A stretch of 21,260 nucleotides of DNA from Pseudomonadota bacterium. Its GTDB lineage: Bacteria > Bdellovibrionota_B > Oligoflexia > Oligoflexales > CAIYRB01. The stretch lies in the NCBI GenBank assembly GCA_031416315.1, contig JANOTL010000181.1, positions 1-21,260 of the forward strand, written 5' to 3'. The position numbers and the translations under genes were made by a program. Below are positions 9,018 through 16,714 of this stretch, one piece after another (position 1 is the stretch's first letter; each line of letters begins with the position of its first letter). The notes beneath the pieces were generated by a model that saw only the letters and a list, made by a program, of their open reading frames with translations, made no database searches and had not been told where the DNA came from.

Positions 9018-9111
9018 GACTCGAAATGCCGGCCAGACGTGGGATGTCGTTTCACGGCGGGATGCGGGGCGACGTAGGACGCTCGGATGAAATGACTCGA
9101 GGAGGTGCGGC

Positions 9112-9315
9112 ATGCAAAAGGGGTCGGGGCAGTATGGCGGCGCGGCGCTCGAATACGTGCTCGTGAGCACGTTCGCGGCGGCGCTGAGCCTGGCGGTGAT
9201 GGCCGTGGTCGGCGGCATGGTGAAAGAGCAGGTGGGGCGGGTCGGCGACCGGCTCGGGCTCGACGCCGACGCCGAGGCGCTCGACGTCGTCTCTGGCATC
9301 GGGGCGGACGGCTGA
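9112..9315 (+). CDS. Flp/Tad-type (type IVb/c) prepilin-like protein
   Basis: 67 aa; QYG|GAALEYVLV places Glu at +5 and Tyr at +6 after Gly9, the Flp motif, followed by a hydrophobic helix of about 20 aa; strong RBS GGAGGTG. Confidence 0.75.
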   Translation: MQKGSGQYGGAALEYVLVSTFAAALSLAVMAVVGGMVKEQVGRVGDRLGLDADAEALDVVSGIGADG

Positions 9316-9316
9316 G

Positions 9317-9682
9317 GTGGTCCGCCTGATGGCCACCGGCGCGCTCGCGGTCACCGTCGCGAGCGCGTCGCTTTCCGCGCGAGCGGTGCACGAGCATGTC
9401 GACGTCTGGTTGGCGTGGCGGCGCGAGCTCCTCATCGAGCCGCGCATGGCGACCTTGGCCGCCTGCGGACCACTGCCCAAATCTTTCGCCGCGTGCACGA
9501 CGGGTCTGCATTGGCGCGAGAGAGGGCGCTGGGCCTCTGTCTGCGCAGCGGGCCCGCCGCCCGCACGCGATCCACGCTGGTCTTTCCCGCGATGGTGGCG
9601 CCTCACCCTCGCCTGCGAGCTGGATCTCGGCCCCTTCGGCAAAAGGCCGCTACGCTTGCTGGCGACGACGATCTTCCGATAG
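9317..9682 (+). CDS. Hypothetical exported/membrane-anchored protein, Trp/Cys-rich
   Basis: Fills the gap between the pilin and the DUF503-like gene; hydrophobic N-terminus; 4 Cys and 7 Trp; start GTG 9317 or ATG 9329. Confidence 0.5.
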   Translation: MVRLMATGALAVTVASASLSARAVHEHVDVWLAWRRELLIEPRMATLAACGPLPKSFAACTTGLHWRERGRWASVCAAGPPPARDPRWSFPRWWRLTLACELDLGPFGKRPLRLLATTIFR

Positions 9683-9709
9683 CGTGGACGCACCAGACGG
9701 AGAATGCGC

Positions 9710-10033
9710 ATGTACTTCGCGATCGCCAAGATCACCTTCGAAGAAGAGCTCGGCGCGGACAATCTGCGACCGGGCACGGCCGGCAAACGCGATCTACACC
9801 AGCTCGTCGAGAAGATTCGGGCCAAATTCAAGGTCTGCGCCGCCGCGATCGAGAGCGACTCGATGGGCAGCGACGCCATCGCCATCACGGCGCTCGGCTC
9901 GAGCGAGGACCGGCTCACCCGCTCCCTCGACGGCATCCTCGGCTTTTGCGAGGAGTCCGGCTACGGCCGCGTCGGCTCCGAGGAGACGTTGATCGACCAT
10001 ATCGACGTCATCTCCGAGCACGATCGCGCTTGA
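9710..10033 (+). CDS. DUF503 (YlxP-like) family protein
   Basis: KRDLHQLVEKIRAKFKVCAAAIE...IAITALGSSEDRLTRSLDGILGFCEE follows the DUF503 pattern (KR...l.erlr.rFnVsvaEv...lgva.vs); GGAG 7 nt before ATG 9710. Confidence 0.65.
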   Translation: MYFAIAKITFEEELGADNLRPGTAGKRDLHQLVEKIRAKFKVCAAAIESDSMGSDAIAITALGSSEDRLTRSLDGILGFCEESGYGRVGSEETLIDHIDVISEHDRA

Positions 10034-10112
10034 ACCTTCGGCGGAGCTCTGCAAGAGTCGCCGGAGAACAAACTTGCATCATGCCAAAATTCAACGCCTC
10101 GGAGGCCCTCAC

Positions 10113-10910
10113 ATGCTGAGATCCGCACTCGCCACGTTCGCCGTCGTCCTTTCGACCAACGCGACCGCCGCGCCAGCGTCCCTTTCGTCCACGCTCGACC
10201 TCGCCAACGTCCAAATGGTCGACAGCTCGACGAAGGCCGACCAATGGAGCGTTTGGATCGACGACGAGTACACGATCCAACGGGGCGTCAGCTACAGCCC
10301 GGTGTTCGACTTCGGCGCGCGCCCGGCGCACGTCAGCGCCGTGAAAGCTGAGCTCTTCGTCAACCGCGGCGCGACCTGCAACGCGGCGATCTACTCGATC
10401 GACCTCGTCACCAACCCCAACCAGCGCCTCTTCGACCGCTACTACCCGAACCGCGAAGGCGTCGTCGAGCTCCCCGACGCGCAAATCTATCAGGCGGTCG
10501 TCGTCGTCGAGCAAAGCGCGTTCATGACCAGCCGCTGCGTCTTGAAGGTCTCGGGCCTCGCCGCGGACGGCGGTACCGATCCGACCGACCCGTCCGAAGA
10601 CTTCGAGCTCGCCGGCGCGCTCAGCTACGAAGGCGGCTTCCGCAGCCGCATCGAGCTCGACGTCAACCCGGAGCAGAAAATCGCGCAGTTCATGGTCCGC
10701 ATCCCCGAGTTTTGCGCCGGCGTGGAAGTGCTCGAAGCCGGTACGATCTCCGAGGGCTTCTTCGACGCGGCGCGCCTCGTCGACGCGGCGAAGAGCCTCT
10801 ACGAAGTGAACGGCGGCGCCGGCTCGCGCGCGACCTCGGTCGCCCTCGCGATGAACGGCCCGGCCGGCGCGGTATGCGACATCCCGGTCTACGTGAAGTA
10901 CGCGGACTAA
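10113..10910 (+). CDS. Secreted hypothetical protein with two predicted beta-rich domains
   Basis: GGAGG 7 nt before ATG 10113; Sec-type signal MLRSALATFAVVLSTNATA-A; acidic linker DGGTDPTDPSED; two Cys per half; 265 aa. Confidence 0.8.
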   Translation: MLRSALATFAVVLSTNATAAPASLSSTLDLANVQMVDSSTKADQWSVWIDDEYTIQRGVSYSPVFDFGARPAHVSAVKAELFVNRGATCNAAIYSIDLVTNPNQRLFDRYYPNREGVVELPDAQIYQAVVVVEQSAFMTSRCVLKVSGLAADGGTDPTDPSEDFELAGALSYEGGFRSRIELDVNPEQKIAQFMVRIPEFCAGVEVLEAGTISEGFFDAARLVDAAKSLYEVNGGAGSRATSVALAMNGPAGAVCDIPVYVKYAD

Positions 10911-10917
10911 GCGCCGA

Positions 10918-12684
10918 TCAGGCGACCGTATCGAGCGTCTGATTCTCGATCTTGTCCAGGTCTTCGTGAATCCCGTCCACGTGTTGCGGACGATGGAGCA
11001 GGAAGCCCTGGATGAGCTCGATGCCCATGTCCTTCAGGACCTCGGCCTCTTCCCAGAGCTCGACGCCCTCGGCGAGGATCGTGGTCTTCGAGATCTGGGC
11101 CGCTTTCACGAGGCCGGAGACGAAGGCTTGCTTCGGCCCGTCCTTGTGGATGTCCTGAATGAGGCTCCGGTCGAGCTTGATCAAGTCCGGCTTGATGCGG
11201 ATGATCTGCTCGAGGCCCGAGTAGCCCTTGCCGAAGTCGTCGGCCGCGATGCGCATGTCCATGCGCGCGATGTTCTCCCGCACTTTCAACATCAGGTCGA
11301 TGTTGTTGATCGCCTCGGACTCCGAGACCTCGAACATCAGATCTTTGCGGTCCATGATCAGGTGGCGCAGTCCCTCGATGTTGTAGAGGTTGCGCGGCAG
11401 GATGTTGACGAGAAGGGTCCCGGGCAGGTTCGACGAATGCAGGGCCGCCTGGTGGAGGCAGGCCTGGTCGAGCTCAAGGCCGACTTTCGCCTGGTGCGCC
11501 GACGCGAAGAGCACGTCCGGCCGCATGAAGCGCGACTCGAGGTAGACGGGGCCGGAGGCGTCGAAGATCGCGTCCATGGCGTCGCGTTTCACGCGGATCA
11601 GCGACTCGAAGCCGTAGAGGAGGTGCTTCAGCGGGCGGATTGACTTCGTCACTTTCGATTCGTCGACGATCTCTTTCGTCAGGCCCTTCAGGTTGAAGAC
11701 CGCCTGATAATGCGGCTCCAGCAGGCCCGGCGTCTGGATCAGGGTCTGCATCAGCTCGCGCTGACGGTTCTTCATTCGCTTCATCTGCACGCGCGACTCT
11801 TCGACCGACTGGTCTAAGAGCTGCTCGAGGAGCTCGAGCGGGTCGACGCACGGATTGTGGATCGAGGTGGCGTAGCCGACGGCGAGGTCCGGGACGATGC
11901 TGATGCAGTCGGGCATCATGCGCTTCGAGCGCTCGACGAAAATCTCGCGCCAGAAGGCGTTTTGCAGCTTGATCGCGAGACGATCAGCGAGCTTCTCGAG
12001 GATGCCCGGCGCCGGCACGGCCGAGGCCATGCGCGACTGCTCGAGGAAGATGTAATAGGTATTTCCGTGCGAAGCGCGGCGGCACAGGATGTCCGCGGAG
12101 CGGAAGCTGCCGGGTGTCCCCCACATGTCGAAGAGAAGCTGGTTGAAGCAGTCTTGGACGCGGTGGTAGGCTTCGCTTCCATACTCGATCGAAATCTTCC
12201 GGAAGGCCGACGCGTCGATGACGAGCAGGCTCAGCGCGCCGTTGTTCTGCAACATGTGCAGGGGCACTTGCGCGTTGTAGAGCGGGATCGACGTGCGATC
12301 GAGCTTGCGGTGGTCGATCCCGATCGCGCCGCACGCGTCCAGCACCGTCAGGATCTCCTGCGGGCCGGGATCCTTCAGCCAGGTGACGGTCTCGGTGTAG
12401 CGACCGCTCGAGCCGTGGATCTGCTTTCTGTCGAGCTTCTCTTCCTTGCCGAGGACGATGACCGGGATACGACGGCCGAGGCTCGCCAGCATGTCGATCC
12501 ACGCGTGCTCGGGCATCCCCGCCCCTTCCGCGTCGACAACGGCGGCGACCACGTCGGGTTGATAGAGGCTCGCGATCGCGCCCTTGGCGTTGGGCTTCAC
12601 GACGTGAACGTCGATCCCGTGCGCCTTGAGAAGCTCGGAGAGCGACTGACTCAGTTCAGTTTTCGCGGTGAGGACGATGATCAT
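10918..12684 (-). CDS. c-di-GMP phosphodiesterase: receiver-like domain, degenerate GGDEF-like domain, EAL domain
   Basis: EAL residues retained: GFESLIR, LLVNILP, FEVSESE, ADDFGKGYSGL, IKLDRSLI, LAEGVE, IQGFLL. Start moved to ATG 12684 (GAAGGA upstream), 588 aa. Confidence 0.88.
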   Translation of the reverse strand: MIIVLTAKTELSQSLSELLKAHGIDVHVVKPNAKGAIASLYQPDVVAAVVDAEGAGMPEHAWIDMLASLGRRIPVIVLGKEEKLDRKQIHGSSGRYTETVTWLKDPGPQEILTVLDACGAIGIDHRKLDRTSIPLYNAQVPLHMLQNNGALSLLVIDASAFRKISIEYGSEAYHRVQDCFNQLLFDMWGTPGSFRSADILCRRASHGNTYYIFLEQSRMASAVPAPGILEKLADRLAIKLQNAFWREIFVERSKRMMPDCISIVPDLAVGYATSIHNPCVDPLELLEQLLDQSVEESRVQMKRMKNRQRELMQTLIQTPGLLEPHYQAVFNLKGLTKEIVDESKVTKSIRPLKHLLYGFESLIRVKRDAMDAIFDASGPVYLESRFMRPDVLFASAHQAKVGLELDQACLHQAALHSSNLPGTLLVNILPRNLYNIEGLRHLIMDRKDLMFEVSESEAINNIDLMLKVRENIARMDMRIAADDFGKGYSGLEQIIRIKPDLIKLDRSLIQDIHKDGPKQAFVSGLVKAAQISKTTILAEGVELWEEAEVLKDMGIELIQGFLLHRPQHVDGIHEDLDKIENQTLDTVA

Positions 12685-12796
12685 GCGCGGTCCTTCGGAC
12701 GGATCCAACGGGCAGTTGAGGCAAGTCCTTTCGCTCGACTTGGAAAATTGATAAAAAACCTCCGGTTCGGGACGTTTTGCGGGCAGCCTTTCGCCC

Positions 12797-12824
12797 ATCC
12801 ACAGGTGGTGTGGATAAATTTATC
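12797..12824. promoter_or_regulatory. DnaA box within an inverted repeat in the divergent EAL/pta promoter region
   Basis: TGTGGATAA (12809-12817) is the reverse complement of the consensus TTATCCACA; part of ATCCACA-N5-TGTGGAT; overlaps palindrome GATAAATTTATC (12813-12824). Confidence 0.6.
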
Positions 12825-12904
12825 TAGGGCTCGGCGTAGGCGCTGATTGCCAATGAGTGTGCCGTTTTGAGCAAAAACTATTCACGAACCCTCAGGAGGC
12901 GCAG

Positions 12905-13846
12905 GTGAGCTTTGGCGATTTCGTCGGCGAGCTCCGCGAGCGATGCCGCGCGGCACCGGGGCGCATCGGATTTCCGGAGAGCTTGGATCCGAGGGTGCTC
13001 GAGGTCTGCGACCTGATGTTGAGCGAGGGGAGCGCGGCCGAGGTGCACCTCTTCACGCCGAAGTCTTCGACTCTAGCCTTGGCGGCGCAACATAAGCTTG
13101 ATCTGGGAAGGCACGGCGCGCGTGTGCGCTTCGCCGCGTCAGAGGCCAAGCTCGACACGAAGGCGGCCTTAGCCCTCGCGGCCGATGCGCTCGGCAAGGA
13201 TCAGATCGACGCCGTGCTCGCCGGCAACCAGGCGACGACCGCCGACGTGATCCGCGCCGGGATCGCCGGCGTCGGCCTCGCGCCGGGCGTGCGCACCGTC
13301 AGCGGGGCCTTCCTGATGAACAAGCCGGGACATGCCCCCTATCTCTTCGCCGACTGCGGCGTCGTCATCGCGCCGACGGTGAAGCAGCTCGTCGACATCG
13401 CGTCCGAGTCGGTGCGCACTTGGCGCCTCCTCTTTCCGGCGGTGGAGCCGGTCCTCGCGTTCCTCTCCTATTCGACCAAGGGCTCCGCGCAGCACGAGAC
13501 CGCGACCAAGATCGCCGAGGCCGCGACCGCCTTCCGCGCCATGTTCCCGGACGTCGTCAGCGACGGGGAGCTGCAGTTCGACGCGGCCTTCGACGCCGCG
13601 ATCGGCCGAAAGAAGGCGCCGGACAGCGAGGTGCCCGGGCGCGCCAACTGCTTCGTCTTCCCCGATCTCGGCGCGGGAAACATCGCCTACAAGCTGGTAC
13701 AGCGGCTGGGCGGCTACGAGGCGTACGGCCCGGTGTTGCAGGGTTTGGCGAAGCCTTTCAACGATTTGTCGCGCGGGGCGACGGTCGCCGACGTGCTCGC
13801 CAGCGCCTACGTCGGCCTCTCGCGTCGGGTGGCTCCGCGCCGGTGA
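12905..13846 (+). CDS. pta: Phosphate acetyltransferase (short, class I type)
   Basis: IGFPESLDPRVL, LFADCGVVIAPT..QLVDIA, AFLSYSTKGSA, DGELQFDAA, FVFPDLGAGNIAYKLVQRL, GPVLQGLAKPFNDLSRG; AGGAGG before GTG 12905. Confidence 0.93.
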   Translation: MSFGDFVGELRERCRAAPGRIGFPESLDPRVLEVCDLMLSEGSAAEVHLFTPKSSTLALAAQHKLDLGRHGARVRFAASEAKLDTKAALALAADALGKDQIDAVLAGNQATTADVIRAGIAGVGLAPGVRTVSGAFLMNKPGHAPYLFADCGVVIAPTVKQLVDIASESVRTWRLLFPAVEPVLAFLSYSTKGSAQHETATKIAEAATAFRAMFPDVVSDGELQFDAAFDAAIGRKKAPDSEVPGRANCFVFPDLGAGNIAYKLVQRLGGYEAYGPVLQGLAKPFNDLSRGATVADVLASAYVGLSRRVAPRR

Positions 13847-13994
13847 CCGGAAAAGTGCCGGACAAGTTGGCGCAACGGCGCCCTTTACTTGCTCTTTTTA
13901 GGGCGAAGAGCTATGAAAAGCCCTCGTCATTCGCCTCAGGCGCCTAAGATTAGCCCCCCCAGTTCAGCAACGACTCATCGATCGGGGAGACCCT

Positions 13995-15590
13995 ATGGTT
14001 CGGGCAGGATTTCGTTTCAGTTGCGTCGCGCTCGTCGCGCTCGCGCTCAGCTCCACGGCCCTCGCACAGGCGCCGAAAAAAGGCGGCACGCTCGTCTTCG
14101 GCCGTGGCGGCGACTCGGTCACCCTCGACCCGGCGGCAGCGACCGACGGCGAGTCGCTCAACGTCACCGACCATGTGTTCGACGGCCTCGTCACGCTGAA
14201 GCCCGGCACGACGGAAGTCGCGGCCGCTCTCGCCTCGAAGTGGGACATCACCCCCGACGGCCTCAGCTACACCTTCACGCTCGTCGACGGCGCCAAGTTT
14301 CATGACGGCACGCCGGTCAACGCCGACGCCGTGATCTTCTCGTTCAAGCGCCAGTCGGACAAGAACCACGAGGCCTACAAGTTCTCGGCCCCGTACGAGT
14401 ATTACGACGCGATGGGCCTCCCCACCGTGATCAAAGACATCACCAAGGTCGACGACAAGACGATCAAGTTCACGCTGAACAAGGCGAACGCGCCGTTCAT
14501 CTCGACCCTCGCCATGCAGTCCTTCGCCATCGTCAGCCCGACGGCCGTGATGAAGCTGAAGGACGACTTCAAGCAGAAGCCGGTCGGCTCCGGCCCGTAC
14601 AAGTTCAAGCTCTGGGAGAAGAAGCAGAAGATCGTTCTCGAGTCGAACGAAGAGTACTGGGGTCCGAAGCCGCACCTCAAGACCGTGATCTTCCGCTCGA
14701 TCCCGGACAACAACACGCGCCTCCAGGAGATGCTCGCGGGCAACCTCCACGTGATGGACAACCCCGACTCGAACCACATCAAGACGATCGAGCAGAAGCT
14801 CGGCGCGAAGGCGCAGCTCTTGAAGGCCCCGGGCTTCAACATCGGCTACCTCGCCTTGAACCAAGAGAAGAAGCCCTTCGACAACGTCAAAGTCCGCCAG
14901 GCGATCGCTCACGCGATCAACAAGGAAGCGATCGTCAGCACGGTCTACAACGGCTACGCCAAAGCCGCGAAGAACCCGATGCCGCCCACGCTGTGGGGCT
15001 ACAACGACGACGTCAAAGACTACGAGTACAGCGTCGACAAGGCCAAGGCGCTCCTCAAGGAAGCCGGCCTCGAGAAGGGCTTCACGGCCGAGCTCTGGGC
15101 GATGCCCGTGCCCCGTCCGTACATGCCCGACGGCCGCAAGGTCGCGGAAGCCATCCAAGGCGACCTCGCCAAGGTCGGCATCACGCTGAAGATCGTCTCC
15201 TTCGACTGGGGCACCTACCTGACGAAGACGAAAAACGGCGAGCACGACATGGCGCTCTTGGGCTGGACCGGCGACATCGGCGATCCGGACAACTTCCTCT
15301 ACGTCCTCCTGGACAAAGACAACGCCACCAAGCCGGCGCAGAACATCTCCTTCTACAAGTCCGACAAGCTGCACGACCTGCTCACCCGTGCGCAGACCGA
15401 GACGGACCAGAAGAAGCGCGCCGAGCTCTATAAGCTTGCCCAGGCCGTCATCCACGACGACGCGCCGATGATTCCCATCGCCCATTCCATCGAGGTCCTG
15501 CCGATCAAGTCGGACGTCAAGGGCTTCGTGATGGATCCGACGGGGCGCCGCCGGTTCGCGGAAGTTTGGCTGGATAAGCCGGGCTCCTGA
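13995..15590 (+). CDS. dppA: Dipeptide/oligopeptide ABC transporter substrate-binding protein (family 5)
   Basis: Signal peptide ending ALA; TLDPA, VFDGLV, YTFTL..GAKFHDGTPVNADAVIFS, PVGSGPYKF, LWAMPVPRPYMPDG, GWTGDIGDPDNF. Confidence 0.95.
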   Translation: MVRAGFRFSCVALVALALSSTALAQAPKKGGTLVFGRGGDSVTLDPAAATDGESLNVTDHVFDGLVTLKPGTTEVAAALASKWDITPDGLSYTFTLVDGAKFHDGTPVNADAVIFSFKRQSDKNHEAYKFSAPYEYYDAMGLPTVIKDITKVDDKTIKFTLNKANAPFISTLAMQSFAIVSPTAVMKLKDDFKQKPVGSGPYKFKLWEKKQKIVLESNEEYWGPKPHLKTVIFRSIPDNNTRLQEMLAGNLHVMDNPDSNHIKTIEQKLGAKAQLLKAPGFNIGYLALNQEKKPFDNVKVRQAIAHAINKEAIVSTVYNGYAKAAKNPMPPTLWGYNDDVKDYEYSVDKAKALLKEAGLEKGFTAELWAMPVPRPYMPDGRKVAEAIQGDLAKVGITLKIVSFDWGTYLTKTKNGEHDMALLGWTGDIGDPDNFLYVLLDKDNATKPAQNISFYKSDKLHDLLTRAQTETDQKKRAELYKLAQAVIHDDAPMIPIAHSIEVLPIKSDVKGFVMDPTGRRRFAEVWLDKPGS

Positions 15591-15597
15591 TTTTTTG

Positions 15598-15660
15598 AAC
15601 CGCGAAGGTCGCAAAGTACGCAAAGAACCTTTCTTTGCGCCTTTTGCGCCCTTTGCGGTT
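15598..15660. repeat. REP-like long imperfect palindrome with 9-bp periodicity between dppA and dppB
   Basis: 30-bp arms AACCGCGAAGGTCGCAAAGTACGCAAAGAA / TTCTTTGCGCCTTTTGCGCCCTTTGCGGTT, loop CCT; 25 Watson-Crick pairs plus 2 G-U; each arm has three CGC(A/G)AA(G/A)nn units. Confidence 0.85.
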
Positions 15661-15692
15661 TAACTGTCTTCCTCATCCTCGCTGCGGTCGCC

Positions 15693-16703
15693 ATGCTCCT
15701 CACCGTCCTCCTCAAACGCATCCTCGTCGCCATTCCGACGCTCCTCGCGCTCACGCTCGTGGTCTTCCTGATGGTCAAGGCCGTCCCCGGCGATCCGGCC
15801 GCCGTGATCCTCGGCGAGCGCGGCACGAAGGAAACGATCGCGAGCCTCAGGCACGAGCTCGGCCTCGATCGCCCTTGGTACGTGCAGTACGGCAAGTTTC
15901 TCCAAAAGGCCGTGATCGAGCGCGACCTTGGTACCTCGCTCGCGACCCAGGAGAAGGTGAGCGAAATCATTGCCAGCAAGTTTCCCGCGACGATCGAGCT
16001 CGCCGCCTTCGCGATGATGTTCGCGATCTTGATCGGGATCCCGACTGGCCTCTTCTCCGCGATCTTCCCGGGCACTCTGATCGACTTCGCCTCGATGTCC
16101 CTGGCCACGGTCGGCGTCTCGATGCCGATCTTCTGGCTGGCCTTGGTCCTGACCTGGGTCTTTGGCCTGGAGCTCGGGCTCTTCCCGCTCTCCGGACGGC
16201 TCGGAATCGATTTCTACTACGAGCCCGTCACCGGCTTCGTCTTCATCGACTCCGTCCTCGCCGGCGACTGGGCGATGTTCTTCGACGGCCTGCACCACGT
16301 GATCTTGCCCGCGATCGCGCTCGGCACGATCCCGATGGCCTTTCTCGCGCGCATCACGCGCTCGGCGATGCTCGAGGTGGTGAAGCAGGACTACGTGCGC
16401 ACGGCGAAGGCAAAGGGCCTGGCCATGTGGCTCGTCTACGTCAAGCACGCCCTGAAGAACGCCTTCATCCCAATCCTCACGGTCCTCGGCCTTCAGTTCG
16501 GCCTTCTCCTCGGCGGCGCGATCATCACCGAGACGATCTTCGCCTGGCCGGGAATCGGCAGCTGGCTCCTCGAAGCCGTGACGGCGCGGGACTATACCGC
16601 GCTGGAAGGCGGCGTCCTCGTGACCGCGACCGCCTTCGTCCTCGTGAACCTCGTCGTCGACCTGCTTTATCGCGTCTTCGATCCGCGCATGCGCGTCAAC
16701 TGA
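15693..16703 (+). CDS. dppB: Peptide ABC transporter permease
   Basis: VPGDPA, LGLDRPWYVQY, FPATIELA, GVSMPIFWL, EAA-loop MLEVVKQDYVRTAKAKGL, ETIFAWPGIG, DPR C-terminus. Confidence 0.95.
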   Translation: MLLTVLLKRILVAIPTLLALTLVVFLMVKAVPGDPAAVILGERGTKETIASLRHELGLDRPWYVQYGKFLQKAVIERDLGTSLATQEKVSEIIASKFPATIELAAFAMMFAILIGIPTGLFSAIFPGTLIDFASMSLATVGVSMPIFWLALVLTWVFGLELGLFPLSGRLGIDFYYEPVTGFVFIDSVLAGDWAMFFDGLHHVILPAIALGTIPMAFLARITRSAMLEVVKQDYVRTAKAKGLAMWLVYVKHALKNAFIPILTVLGLQFGLLLGGAIITETIFAWPGIGSWLLEAVTARDYTALEGGVLVTATAFVLVNLVVDLLYRVFDPRMRVN

Positions 16704-16714
16704 GTGAATCCTCG

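Noticed and set aside
8990..9020. AT-rich patch as a dif or att site
   Set aside because: No match to XerC/XerD arms and no recombinase nearby; fits the IHF consensus better.
10037..10067. Hairpin after the DUF503-like gene
   Set aside because: Imperfect stem with no U tract; cannot be called a terminator.
12690..12900. Possible oriC
   Set aside because: Only one perfect DnaA box, no clear unwinding element, and no dnaA/dnaN/gidA/parAB nearby.
13866..13895. Sigma54-like TGGC...TTGC upstream of dppA (similar near 9040 and 10075)
   Set aside because: GG-N10-GC spacing is not met in any of these.
13950..15623. 557-aa antisense ORF over dppA (also 18458..20434, 3596..4942, 7600..8949 and same-strand 3612..5927)
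   Set aside because: Expected stop-poor shadow frames in high-GC coding DNA; no motifs or RBS.
15635..16714. N-terminal extension of the 655-aa ORF (apparent dppB/dppC overlap or frameshift fusion)
   Set aside because: Off-frame shadow of dppB; dppB has a normal end and dppC a normal ATG at 16715.
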